The translations under genes and the position numbers were made by a program. From Candidatus Bathyarchaeota archaeon (GTDB lineage: Archaea; Thermoproteota; Bathyarchaeia; TCS64): a stretch of 64,000 nt of DNA. The notes below the pieces were generated by a model. It was not told the origin of the DNA, made no database searches, and saw nothing but the letters and a program-made list of their open reading frames with translations. Below, piece after piece: positions 11,246 to 21,013 of this stretch. The stretch is taken from the NCBI GenBank assembly GCA_963769425.1, contig CAVYLP010000006.1:96001-160000 (forward strand), read 5' to 3'. Each line of letters opens with the position of its first letter. Position 1 is the first letter of the stretch.

Positions 11246-11635
11246 CAAAGGCTTTCCTAGTCGACCTCGACAGGTGCATAGGTTGCTACGCCTGCGAGAT
11301 TGCGTGCAAGGACGAGAACGACCTCGCTCCCGGCGTCAGGCGTGTCAGGCTCAACCCCGTTGATGTGGGCGAGTTCAACAGGTTCTACGTCCCCGTCTTC
11401 GAGATGGAGAAGCGCGGCGTAGGCGCCTGCACGCTCTGCCCGCAGCTTCAGGCCGAGGGCAGGAGGCCGGCGTGCGTCCACAACTGCCTGACGAACGCGC
11501 TCCACTTCGGCGACTCAACCGAGATCGAGGCAAAAGCGAAGGGCATGGCGGGAGAGAAGCTCGCAGCCCCACACAAAAGGGCAAATGTCGTCTACGTGTC
11601 CCGGAAACCTATCGGCGACCCAGTCAAAAAAATAG
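11242..11635 (+). CDS. Small 2x[4Fe-4S] partner subunit (true stop probably hidden by an extra A in the A7 run)
   Basis: LVDLDRCIGCYACEIAC...CTLCPQ...PACVHNC; ATG overlaps the upstream stop. Confidence 0.85.
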
Positions 11636-11646
11636 TCTCAGGGCGT

Positions 11647-12069
11647 CTAGGCTCTCTCGATCCTTATCTTCTGGGCGCCCTCCCAGAGGACCTTCCTCCC
11701 CATCTCCGGCAGCTTCTCCAGCCCCTCCGTCACCACGGCGAAGTGGTTCCCCTGAAGCAGCCCAACCTTGCTCGAGAAGATCGCCGAGCCGTAGGGTATG
11801 AGAAGCTCCTTCTCGCTGATGCCACCGGGGTAGTAGAGGAGGTCGCCGCGGCTCGGGTAGCAAGTCTGGTTCTCAGCCGGCACCTCGATACCCACAGGAT
11901 CCATGGGGAACCAGACAGACTCCCCGCTCCAGCGCGCGTGGATCACCTTCCCCTCGATGGGCAGACGCGCGAGAAACGCCGCGCAGGTCTTCGGCGACTC
12001 CGCCTCGAGCAGCCTCGCCACGAAACGTTGGCCACCAATCCTCAGGACTATGTTCGTCATATGGATCAA
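11647..12069 (-). CDS. DUF3830 family (cyclophilin-like fold) protein
   Basis: PKTCAAF...IHARWSGE...ENQTCYPSRGDLLYYPGGISEKELLIPYG. Confidence 0.85.
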   Translation of the reverse strand: MIHMTNIVLRIGGQRFVARLLEAESPKTCAAFLARLPIEGKVIHARWSGESVWFPMDPVGIEVPAENQTCYPSRGDLLYYPGGISEKELLIPYGSAIFSSKVGLLQGNHFAVVTEGLEKLPEMGRKVLWEGAQKIRIERA

Positions 12070-12155
12070 TCACGATAGACGGGGAGATAAAACTGGTCCA
12101 CCCCCCAGCCAACCTTTATCAACCGAGGAGCGCTGAGGAAACATGAGGTTCTTGG

Positions 12156-12659
12156 ATGTCAGAATCGATAGAGAAGCTCATGGCCGCGTTCGCGGGTGAG
12201 TCACAGGCGAACCGAAGGTACTTGGCCTTCGCGAAGAAGGCGGAGGAGGAGGGCCTCCCACAGGTCGCGAAGCTGTTCCGCGCCGCAGCGGAGGCGGAGA
12301 CGGTCCACGCAATGAACCACCTAAGGATAGCGGGGAAAGTCGGCATGACCGTCAGCAACCTAGACGAGGCCATTAACGGTGAGACCTTCGAGTACCGCCA
12401 AATGTACCCCGAGTTCCTCGCCATCGCCCAGAAGGAGAAGAACAAGCAGGCCGAGTGGAGCTTCAACGTCGCGAACCAGGTGGAGGAGGTCCACGCGGGG
12501 CTCTACAAGAAGGCGCTGGAGACGCTGAAGACGAAGAAGCCACTCCCCAACAGGGACTACTACGTTTGCAAGGTATGCGGAAACACGATCGAGGGCACGG
12601 CTCCCGAGAAGTGCATCGTCTGCGGGGCGCCGCAAGCCCAGTTCCTCAGAGTCACTTAG
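12156..12659 (+). CDS. rbr: Rubrerythrin
   Basis: AFAGESQANRRY, AETVHA, EEVH diiron motifs; CKVCG/CIVCG rubredoxin domain. Confidence 0.95.
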   Translation: MSESIEKLMAAFAGESQANRRYLAFAKKAEEEGLPQVAKLFRAAAEAETVHAMNHLRIAGKVGMTVSNLDEAINGETFEYRQMYPEFLAIAQKEKNKQAEWSFNVANQVEEVHAGLYKKALETLKTKKPLPNRDYYVCKVCGNTIEGTAPEKCIVCGAPQAQFLRVT

Positions 12660-12672
12660 CCCATATTTCGAG

Positions 12673-13930
12673 CTACTTGATCAAAGTACCGAGGACGTCG
12701 AATTGGACCTCGCGGGGGTCACCGAGGAGCTCAACCCTTTTCGCGAGTTTCTTGTCCTTCTTTACTTGTTCGGCAAGGCTCTCGCTTATCCAGAGATGCT
12801 CTAGCTCCTGTGTGTTCTTTATCACCATCATCTTAACCTTCGCCCGGTCTACGGGTCCGATGACGCGGAGGGCGGTGTCGATAGCGTCCCTGTCGTTGGG
12901 GAGCCAGATAGGCACCTTCCCCGTTGCGCACGTGCCCTGTGTGAGGCAGTTGACGTAGGTGGAAGGGTAGTCGATCTTGTCGAAGACACGCCGCGTGGTC
13001 AGGTCGGCGAGGCCAATACCAATGGCGTTGCCGTGCGTCTCCTCCGAGAGGTCGAGGACAACGATCTTATCGATCTTCGCCGCGTCAGGGTCCGACTCAC
13101 CGGGCATCCAGAAGCGACCCGTCACATTCGTGTCCATGCCGACTCCGCTGATGTTCTTCCCGATCTCCTCCACAACGAGGAGGTCTAACTCCTGGAAGGG
13201 AAGTCGGGCGAGTAAGCCTTTAGCCTCCTGTAGGAGTTTGAGCTCCGCGGCCTCGAACTCCTCGGGCTCCAAAGCGACGACCTTCGCGGTCTCGTGGCGG
13301 GCGTTCTCAAGGAGTGCGAGGCCCAATGAGTATGGGGGCCTTCTCCATGATGAGGCGCGCCGCGGCGGGGAGGAGGGTGTGATACCCCTCGTAGAGGTTG
13401 TGGTGGATCATCTCCGCCCCCTTCTGCTTACCTAGGCCAATTGCCATCATCTTCATGAGGCCACTCTCGATCTCCCCCTTGAAGTCGGTGTGGGGTTTGA
13501 CGCGGCCAACGACGATGATTCCATCGGCTCTGAGGGCGTTTCTGTCTACGTAGACGGGGGTCCCCTTGATCTCGCCGATCTTGTCTACCTCCATGCTGCT
13601 GACTATTGGGGCGCAGACGCTATCCTCGGTTATTCCGAGGCTGCGGAGGGTCTCCACCTGCCCGTGGGGAGTCGCGCCGCCGTGGCTACCCATCGCAGGT
13701 ATGAGGAACGGTTCGCCACCCGCGGCTTTCACCTCCTCAACGACTGTTCTGAGAATCTCGGGGATGTTCGCGATACCGCGGCTCCCCGCAGTGATCGCTA
13801 TCCTCTGCCCCTTCCTGACCTTCTTCGCCAGCCCCTTCGAGTTGAGCTGTCGCCTGATCTCTGTAACGTAGTCGTCAAGGCGTGGCTGATCGATAACCTG
13901 CCTGGCCTCGACCATCTTGGGGAAGCTCAT
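12673..13930 (-). CDS. Lactate-racemase-like (LarA-N/DUF2088/DUF362) protein, frameshift near 13320
   Basis: ITAGSRGIANI, IPAMGSHGGAT, RVKPHTDF, KMMAIGLGKQKGA, GKNISGVGMDTNV. Confidence 0.85.
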
Positions 13931-13955
13931 CGACGATCCGTAGGCGGCGCTTGGA

Positions 13956-15002
13956 TTAAGCAGTTTTCTTCCTGAGGCGTACCTCAGCCATCTGGGCTGC
14001 AGTCTTTATTGCGTCGATAAGGCTCTGTGGGTTCGCGGTGCCCTCGCGGCGACCAGCCTTACCGTAGGCTGTTCCGTGGTCGACGCTAGTCCTCACGAAG
14101 GGGAGACCGATGGTGGTGTTTACACCGCTTACATCCTCCCATTTCCCTGTTACTTCGTCGAACCTGAAGCCCTGTAGTTTAACGGGGATATGCCCCTGAT
14201 CATGGTACATGGCGACGACGACGTCGTAGATACCGCCAACGGCTTTCGAGAACACGGTGTCCGGAGGCACTGGGCCCTCCACAATCATCCCCGCCTTCCT
14301 AGCTTCGTCGATTGCGGGCGCAATCACCTCGATCTCCTCCCTACCGAAGAGTCCACCTTCACCCGAGTGGGGGTTTAGCCCGGAGACACCTATGTGTGGC
14401 ATATCTACTCCCAGGCTCCTCGCCGCCTGATGTGCGGCCCTAATCTTTTTGAAAACCCTATCCTTGGTGATGAGGTCGGGTACCTCTCTGAGGCTGACGT
14501 GGGTGGTGACGTGGACGACCCTGAGGTTGCCGGCTATGAGCATCATGGCGTAGTCTTGTGTGTGGGCGAGTTCGGCTAGTAACTCCGTGTGGCCGGGGTA
14601 CTTGAAGCCCGCCATATGCATCGCCTCCTTGTTCAGTGGGGCGGTGACCATCCCGTCGACCTCGTCCCTCATCGCCATCTCCGCCGCCTTGAAGACAAAC
14701 TCTACTGACGCTTTCCCTGCCATTGATTGCGGTCTCCCCATGATGAGGCTGGAGGTGTCGACGTTGTCGAGGCTGATTATGTCGATAGTGCCGCGTTTGT
14801 ATATCCCGTCGGTGGGGGTGTCGACCCTCTTCATGGCGAGGTTGAGTCCGGCGACCTCCATCCCCATTTTCATTGCGTTAGCGTCCCCGATGACGAGTGG
14901 TCTGCAGACACGGTAGACCTCCTCAGTTTCGAGTGACTTTGCTATTATCTCGGGCCCTATCCCTGCCACATCGCCCATCGTAATTGCGAGTAGTGGTCTC
15001 AT
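13956..15002 (-). CDS. pdxA: PdxA family dehydrogenase (PdxA2-type, threonate/erythronate-4-phosphate dehydrogenase by context)
   Basis: ITMGDVAGIGPE, TAPLNKE, GHTE, LNPHSGE, MYHDQGHIP, RTSVDHGTA. Confidence 0.92.
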   Translation of the reverse strand: MRPLLAITMGDVAGIGPEIIAKSLETEEVYRVCRPLVIGDANAMKMGMEVAGLNLAMKRVDTPTDGIYKRGTIDIISLDNVDTSSLIMGRPQSMAGKASVEFVFKAAEMAMRDEVDGMVTAPLNKEAMHMAGFKYPGHTELLAELAHTQDYAMMLIAGNLRVVHVTTHVSLREVPDLITKDRVFKKIRAAHQAARSLGVDMPHIGVSGLNPHSGEGGLFGREEIEVIAPAIDEARKAGMIVEGPVPPDTVFSKAVGGIYDVVVAMYHDQGHIPVKLQGFRFDEVTGKWEDVSGVNTTIGLPFVRTSVDHGTAYGKAGRREGTANPQSLIDAIKTAAQMAEVRLRKKTA

Positions 15003-16276
15003 TTAGACATCAATCTCCTCAATTTCTGAGTTACTTGCACTAGGCTGTCCTCAACACCGAATCCACCAGCTTTCGTAACTGCGAACATTCCGTTGCTAAG
15101 CCTAGTGAGTGGTATACCCGGCTCGATCTCCTCGACTATCGAGACCCTGCCCACTTTAAGCTTCTGGCATACCATTAGGCTAGTAGCGCCTCCGATGAGG
15201 ATGAGGCCGAGGACCTCAGCCTCGTTGAGTATAGTGGAAGCTATCTCGCCTAAAGCCTCCTCTATTAGGAGCTTCGCATCGGTTTCCTTGATGCCGCGCA
15301 TAAGGGCGTGTGAGATAAATTCGTCGACAGAGATTTCCTTGGGCGCAGATGTGATCGAGACGTCCACCCCTGCCTCGAGGGCCGCAAAGGCTTCCCCGGC
15401 ACATCTCTCCACTTCCCCTCTCATAGCTGGCTCACCATCAATCAGTTTCAGTATCCCGACATCTATCTCTCTGAAGCCGAGCCTTTTGTGGAGGTTGTGT
15501 GTCTGAATCCTGCTTACTTGCCTCGTGCTTCCGCAGATGGACAGGATTGGCTTCGGCGTCCTCAGACCGAGACCGATGGGTAACTCACTCGCGAACCCAG
15601 CGGAGCCAATGAAGACCGTTGTGTTCGTAGCAGCTTGTGATATGTCTATGAGATGCTTCTCCGTGAGGACGTCGAAGACGATAACCTCGACTCCACCCCT
15701 CTTCAACTCCTCGACCGCTGATCTAATCGAGTCGATGCCCTTATCGACCTTCTCGAAGTCGACGACTCCGATTTTTCGCTTGCTCTGCACACCGATGATG
15801 GCAGAAATCTCAGAGGTCTTCGCCTCAAGCTCGTTGACGTACTCAGTCTTGTCTATGGGTGTATTATTGACAAGTAGTCTCCCCGCGAATGTTGTTCGCC
15901 CGTATGTTGGGTAGGCGGGTGCGAAGAACGCCAACTTGGCCTTGGACGCATCCATGGCGGCGTCGAGCTCCGAGCCGATGTTGCCCCGAAGGGTCGAGTC
16001 GACCTTCTTGTATATCTTCTCCGCGCCGAAGCTGATCAGTTTCTCCGTGGCACTGTAGACGCGCCCGAAGGCGTCCTCGGGCTTCAACCCACGGCTCTCG
16101 GTGTCAACAACTACCACATCTACGTTGCCCAGCTTCGAAGAGTCATCGATGTCCCCGATGAGGACCTCCACGGACAGCCCCCAGTTCCTGAACTGGACGC
16201 CAGTGTCGAATGCGCCCGTCAGATCATCGGCGAGGACACCGACCTTCAAAACCGTCCCCGGATTGATCAAGCGCAA
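14999..16276 (-). CDS. Four-carbon acid sugar kinase (DUF1537, DtnK-like)
   Basis: ADDLTGAFD, DTESR, YKKVDSTLRGN, GGAT, TKAGGFG. Confidence 0.92.
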   Translation of the reverse strand: MRLINPGTVLKVGVLADDLTGAFDTGVQFRNWGLSVEVLIGDIDDSSKLGNVDVVVVDTESRGLKPEDAFGRVYSATEKLISFGAEKIYKKVDSTLRGNIGSELDAAMDASKAKLAFFAPAYPTYGRTTFAGRLLVNNTPIDKTEYVNELEAKTSEISAIIGVQSKRKIGVVDFEKVDKGIDSIRSAVEELKRGGVEVIVFDVLTEKHLIDISQAATNTTVFIGSAGFASELPIGLGLRTPKPILSICGSTRQVSRIQTHNLHKRLGFREIDVGILKLIDGEPAMRGEVERCAGEAFAALEAGVDVSITSAPKEISVDEFISHALMRGIKETDAKLLIEEALGEIASTILNEAEVLGLILIGGATSLMVCQKLKVGRVSIVEEIEPGIPLTRLSNGMFAVTKAGGFGVEDSLVQVTQKLRRLMSK

Positions 16277-16351
16277 CAGCTAGAAAATACCTTCCATAGT
16301 CGGAAAGTCGTCACCACAAACGCCTTTAGCCCGATGCGAGCGTGAAGAAAC

Positions 16352-16741
16352 ATGGTTCAGGGATTCAACGCTAAGATAGTCGACGACTGGGTGAAGTTTT
16401 GGAACACATATGACCTCAACCAGGTGGAGAAGCTCTTCTTGAAGGATGGCAGGGTCACATACTTCTCCTCGGAGAAGCAGGGCGTCATCAAGGGCTTCGA
16501 GGCACTCGTCAAGCACCACGAGGGCTTCGGCTTCGTGAAGGGCGGGAAGACTCAGCCCAACAAGCTGTGGCTCGAGGGAATGGATGTCGAGGACTTCGGG
16601 GACTCGGCCATAGTCTGCGCGGTCTGGTTCTTTAAGCGCCCAAACGCCGAGACGCCGCAGAAGGGCCCCGTGACCATCGTCTACGAGAGGACGCCTGAGG
16701 GGTGGCGGATAGCCCACGCTAACTTCGGTAACTACAAGTGA
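16352..16741 (+). CDS. NTF2/SnoaL-like protein
   Basis: 129 aa; ends TIVYERTPEGWRIAH. Confidence 0.8.
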   Translation: MVQGFNAKIVDDWVKFWNTYDLNQVEKLFLKDGRVTYFSSEKQGVIKGFEALVKHHEGFGFVKGGKTQPNKLWLEGMDVEDFGDSAIVCAVWFFKRPNAETPQKGPVTIVYERTPEGWRIAHANFGNYK

Positions 16742-16794
16742 TCATTTTATCATATTTTTAGGGATAAATTTTTCAATCGGCTGAACGGCTCACT

Positions 16795-18360
16795 TTGAGG
16801 ATTGCCAGCATGGGTTCTGACACCGGCTCCAAAAACGGATCACGCTGGTCCATGAAGAGGATCAGCCTCTACCTTGGTCCGCTCCTGTTCATCGCGTGTC
16901 TTCTGATACCGAATGACCCGAACATGATCGAGGCCGCGAAGGCGGCGGGGATAACGCTCGCTGATGGGCCCAAGTATGGGCTCGGGGTCCTGCTCTGGAC
17001 CGCGACGTGGTGGGTCTTCGAGACGACGAGCCTCGGCCTCGCCGCGCTCGTCCCGCCGATACTCTTCAGCCTCGTCGGGCTGCTCATCTGGAAGGACGCC
17101 CTCGCCCCCTTCATGGACCCCCTCATCTGGGTCATCATCGTCGGCTTCATCTTCGCGAAGTCCTTCCAGGTCTGGGGCCTCGACAAGAGGGTGGCGCTCA
17201 CACTCGCGAGCGTGAGCAAGACGAGGAACCCGGCGCTCGCCGCCTTCTTCGTCGCGTGTCTCCCCGTCTTCCTCCTAACCGTTACGGGTTCGATGACCGC
17301 AGCCACGAGCATCGTCTACGGGTTCGTCATCGCCTTCCTGCTCAGGCAGGGGTTCAAGCAGGGGAGCAGGTACGGCTCCGCGACGATGCTCGCCCTCGGG
17401 CAAGCCGCAACTGCTGGCAGTCTACTCTTCCTTACGAGTACGACGACCAACCTCATCGGGAAGAACACCGTGCTCACCGCGACGGGGGGAGCGGTAAACA
17501 TCACGTTCGTCGACTGGTTCTTCATCGGGACCGTGCACGCCTTCATCGGCCTCTTCCTAACGTGGTTCGTGGTCTACAAGGTCATCAAACCGGAGGTGAA
17601 GACGCTGCCGTTCGAGCCCGCGGCCCTCAAGAAGGAGCTGCAGGATCTCGGCCCCATCACGAGGGGAGAGAAGATGACGATAGGCATCCTCGTTTTCACG
17701 CTCCTCCTCTGGCTAATCCCGGGGATGGTGGCGAACTTCGCCGTCGACAACAAGGGGCTTCAGCCCTTGAGCGCGCTGCTGGCGAAGGTTCTCCCCGAAG
17801 CGGCGCCAGCGGCTATCGCCCTGCTCCTCTTCCCGCTCCTCAAGGCAGGCGACAGGCCCCTCCTCAAGTGGGACGAGATGCTCGGCGAGTCCATCAACTG
17901 GGACATAGTCTTCTTAGTCGGCGGCGGAATCACCCTCGGTCTGGGCCTGATGAAGAGCGGTTTCAGCAACTGGATCGGTATAATCTTCAAGGGCTTCATG
18001 GGTCCCGCGCCGAACGAGTTCGTAATCTTCGGGGCGTGCTGCCTCATCGGGTTCCTCCTGAGCTACCCAGCCTCGAACACGGGCGCGGCCTCCGTCGCCT
18101 GTCCGCTCGCCGTCAGCCTCTCAGCGGCGGCGGGGATTAACCCCATCGCCCCGGTGCTAGGGGCAGCTATCGCGACCACTATTCCGAGCACCTTACCTAG
18201 CACTACCCCAGCAATGGCGATCGCCTACAGTTCAGGCTACGTCAGGATGAAGGATATGATCAAGGTAGGGTTGATAGCCGACGTGATCCGCTTCGCCCTG
18301 CTCGTCGCCATCGGGCTGCCACTCATAAAGTGGTTCCTGGCGATGAGAGGCTTCGCCTAG
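16795..18360 (+). CDS. SLC13/DASS anion transporter
   Basis: Many TM segments; INWDIVFLVGGG, ASNT and STTPAMAIAY motifs. Confidence 0.88.
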   Translation: MRIASMGSDTGSKNGSRWSMKRISLYLGPLLFIACLLIPNDPNMIEAAKAAGITLADGPKYGLGVLLWTATWWVFETTSLGLAALVPPILFSLVGLLIWKDALAPFMDPLIWVIIVGFIFAKSFQVWGLDKRVALTLASVSKTRNPALAAFFVACLPVFLLTVTGSMTAATSIVYGFVIAFLLRQGFKQGSRYGSATMLALGQAATAGSLLFLTSTTTNLIGKNTVLTATGGAVNITFVDWFFIGTVHAFIGLFLTWFVVYKVIKPEVKTLPFEPAALKKELQDLGPITRGEKMTIGILVFTLLLWLIPGMVANFAVDNKGLQPLSALLAKVLPEAAPAAIALLLFPLLKAGDRPLLKWDEMLGESINWDIVFLVGGGITLGLGLMKSGFSNWIGIIFKGFMGPAPNEFVIFGACCLIGFLLSYPASNTGAASVACPLAVSLSAAAGINPIAPVLGAAIATTIPSTLPSTTPAMAIAYSSGYVRMKDMIKVGLIADVIRFALLVAIGLPLIKWFLAMRGFA

Positions 18361-18421
18361 TTCATTACCCAACAAGTTTAATTCCCCAGACGTTTCGGTT
18401 TAGAGAGTTCCAGAGGACCTT

Positions 18422-18901
18422 GTGATGTCGGAACAACGGCTCAAGACGGTAACCGTTGCGGGCACATTCGACTCTATGCACAAGGGCCACTGGCTGCTTC
18501 TCGACGAGGCATTCAACGTCGCCGACAGTGTAATAATCGGGATAACGACGGACCGCTTCGCCGTCGCGATGAAGAAGCCTCACGATATAGACCCATACGA
18601 CGTACGCCTCGCGGAGGTCAAGAAGTACCTCCAGAAGAAGGGGCTCTTCAGGAGGGCCACAATCTTCCCACTGGACGACCCTTACGGGCCCTCCACCGAC
18701 GACGGTGGAATCGAGGGGATACTCGTCAGCGAGGAGACTGAGGCGAGGGCGGAGGAGATCAACCAGATCAGAGTCAAGAAGGGGGAGAAGCCGCTCCTCA
18801 TCTTCGTCATGAAGATGGTGCTCGCGGATGACGGTAAGCCCATAAGCAGCACCCGTGTGCGGCGCCAGGAAGTTGACAGGTACGGTCGCCTCATCGGCTA
18901 A
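18422..18901 (+). CDS. coaD: Archaeal phosphopantetheine adenylyltransferase
   Basis: GTFDSMHKGH, LDDPYGP, LVSEET, KPISSTRVR. Confidence 0.9.
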   Translation: MMSEQRLKTVTVAGTFDSMHKGHWLLLDEAFNVADSVIIGITTDRFAVAMKKPHDIDPYDVRLAEVKKYLQKKGLFRRATIFPLDDPYGPSTDDGGIEGILVSEETEARAEEINQIRVKKGEKPLLIFVMKMVLADDGKPISSTRVRRQEVDRYGRLIG

Positions 18902-18939
18902 GCCCAAATAGTCAACGCGCCAGATTCTAGGGATACGCG

Positions 18940-19557
18940 ATGCAGGACAAGGTCATTCTGCTAACTGGATTCGAGCCATTTGGCGGCGAGAAGGTCAACC
19001 CATCAATACTTGCCTGCAGGAGGCTTGACGGGAGGAGATTCAACGGCTACACCGTCAAGGTGGAGGAGGTCCCGCTGAGGTTCGAGGAGATCAGGGGGAC
19101 CATCGAGGGACTCATAGAGAAATACAAGCCCGCGGCGGCAATCAGCACGGGGCAGGGCGGAGGTTCCTGGCTCAACCTGGAGAGAGTCGCCGTAAACGTC
19201 GCCGACGTGACCCGGGTCTCCTATAACTGCGGGGCGAAGCCGAGGGACGCGACGCTCGTCGAGGGCGGTCCCGCCGCCTACTTCACCGGGTTACCCATAA
19301 GGGAACTACTGGGCAAGCTACGTGCTGGTGGCGTCCCCGCGGAGATATCCAACTCCGCTGGCGCCTTCGGGTGCAACCAGATATTCTACCACCTGATGGA
19401 CTACGCCACGAGGGAAAGACTGGACATTCCAGCTGGCTTCATACACGTCCCCAAGCTCCCCGAGCAGGTCGTTGACACGAAGGAGCCGCATATGTCCCTC
19501 GACCTCATCGCGAGTGGACTAGAGATCGTCGTAGAGGAAGTCTCAGGGAAACTATAG
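18940..19557 (+). CDS. pcp: Pyroglutamyl-peptidase I
   Basis: LTGFEPFGGEKVNPS, ERVAVN, SAGAFGCN, GFIHVP. Confidence 0.93.
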   Translation: MQDKVILLTGFEPFGGEKVNPSILACRRLDGRRFNGYTVKVEEVPLRFEEIRGTIEGLIEKYKPAAAISTGQGGGSWLNLERVAVNVADVTRVSYNCGAKPRDATLVEGGPAAYFTGLPIRELLGKLRAGGVPAEISNSAGAFGCNQIFYHLMDYATRERLDIPAGFIHVPKLPEQVVDTKEPHMSLDLIASGLEIVVEEVSGKL

Positions 19558-19630
19558 CCCACTTTCGGGCGCCTCCCCACCCTCGCAGGGTAGCTCAAGG
19601 TTTAATCCACGGATCACCCCGCCAAACTCG

Positions 19631-20746
19631 ATGGGCGCTACAGCGACGGCACTGCTACCCCTCCACCCCGGGAAGGCCCCCCGATGGCTATTCGGGAGGA
19701 TGGTCGAGCTGGCACGCTGCATCACAGGGATAGTCATCGACGAGTACGGGCGCGACGGATTGATGAACCGGCTGAGCGATCCCTGGTTCTTCCAGAGCCT
19801 AGCCTGCGTACTCGGATACGACTGGCACAGCAGCGGGACCACTACGGTGACCTGTGGGGCGCTGAAGGAGGCCATCGACCCGACGGAGACAGGGCTCGCC
19901 GTCGCTGGTGGGAAGGGGAAGACCTCTATGAAGGCCCCCTCTGAGATCAGGGAGAAGGGGGAGACATTCGGCCTCGGGGAGGCCAAGATCGAGGAACTCG
20001 TCTATAGCAGTCGGATGGCGGCGAAGGTGGACAACAGCCTCGTGCAGGATGGGTACCAACTCTACCACCACTGCTTCTTCTTCGACGAGAGGGGGAAGTG
20101 GATCGTTATCCAGCAGGGGATAAACCAGAAGAGGGCCGACGCCCGCCGCTACCACTGGCCCCTAGAGCACCGCGGCTTCATAGAGGAGCCCCAGAACGCC
20201 ATACTCTGCGACACCCGCCTCCCCCACGTCCTCGACATGACCAGCACTCAAAGCGAGGAGAACCGTAGCGCATGCGTCGACCTCGTAAAGGAGAAGCCCG
20301 AGAGACTCAGGAGGACACTCCTCGCCCCCGTCCCGGCGAAGCAGAGGCGCCTCGACTCCTGGGCCGGCGTCGAGGAGCAGGAGCAGCTAGTGATGCCGAG
20401 GAACGTGAACTGGGACACCCTGCGGGAAGTCTACGAGTTCCAGCCGAAAAACTACGAGGAGCTCGTCGCCTTCAAGGGCGTGGGCCCCTCGACAGTGCGC
20501 GGGCTCAGCCTCATCGCGGAGCTCGTCTACGGTGGGAGGGCGAGCTGGGAGGACCCGGTCCGATTCAACTTCGCCTTCGGGGGCAAGGACGGCGTCCCCT
20601 TCCCAGTCGACAGACGTGCCATGGACGAGGCAGTCGACGTCCTCAAGACGGGGATATCATCGTCGAAGGTTAAGGATGAAGAGAAGACGCGTGCCTTCAG
20701 GAGACTACGAGGCTGCGTCCCCCCGATACCAGCCTTCAGACCTTGA
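19631..20746 (+). CDS. DUF763 family protein
   Basis: LPLHPGKAPRWLF, DWHSSGTTT, AKVDNSLVQDGYQLYHH, FAFGGKDGVPFPV. Confidence 0.92.
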   Translation: MGATATALLPLHPGKAPRWLFGRMVELARCITGIVIDEYGRDGLMNRLSDPWFFQSLACVLGYDWHSSGTTTVTCGALKEAIDPTETGLAVAGGKGKTSMKAPSEIREKGETFGLGEAKIEELVYSSRMAAKVDNSLVQDGYQLYHHCFFFDERGKWIVIQQGINQKRADARRYHWPLEHRGFIEEPQNAILCDTRLPHVLDMTSTQSEENRSACVDLVKEKPERLRRTLLAPVPAKQRRLDSWAGVEEQEQLVMPRNVNWDTLREVYEFQPKNYEELVAFKGVGPSTVRGLSLIAELVYGGRASWEDPVRFNFAFGGKDGVPFPVDRRAMDEAVDVLKTGISSSKVKDEEKTRAFRRLRGCVPPIPAFRP

Positions 20747-21008
20747 GTGCTTCGTTGATGACGTAGGCGAAGTCCGTGGGGCAGGCACCCGCCATGACAG
20801 TCTGTCTCTCCGCGAAGAAGCCTTTCACGACAGCGTCCACTGAGTCGGCGGGGGAGCCCCTGAGTCTTCCTTCGAGTTCCTCTAGGTCGGTCTCCGGCTG
20901 CATGAAAAAGTCGCCTGTGAGCTGGATGAAGCTGATCAGACCCTTCGCGGTCTCCACCTTGGCCCGGAGGAGCTTGCCCCCGGGGACCTTGTACTCGAAC
21001 CTCTTCAC
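20736..21008 (-). CDS. Lipoate-protein ligase C-terminal accessory subunit (LplB-like)
   Basis: GTG start KRFEYKVPGGKLL...TGDFF; GGAGGT SD-like sequence upstream. Confidence 0.75.
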   Translation of the reverse strand: MKRFEYKVPGGKLLRAKVETAKGLISFIQLTGDFFMQPETDLEELEGRLRGSPADSVDAVVKGFFAERQTVMAGACPTDFAYVINEALKV

Positions 21009-21013
21009 GGCTG

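Noticed and set aside
10957-12078. 373-aa ORF as a long Fe-S protein
   Set aside because: Only 11242-11635 is protein-like; the extensions overlap the Mo subunit and the antisense DUF3830 gene.
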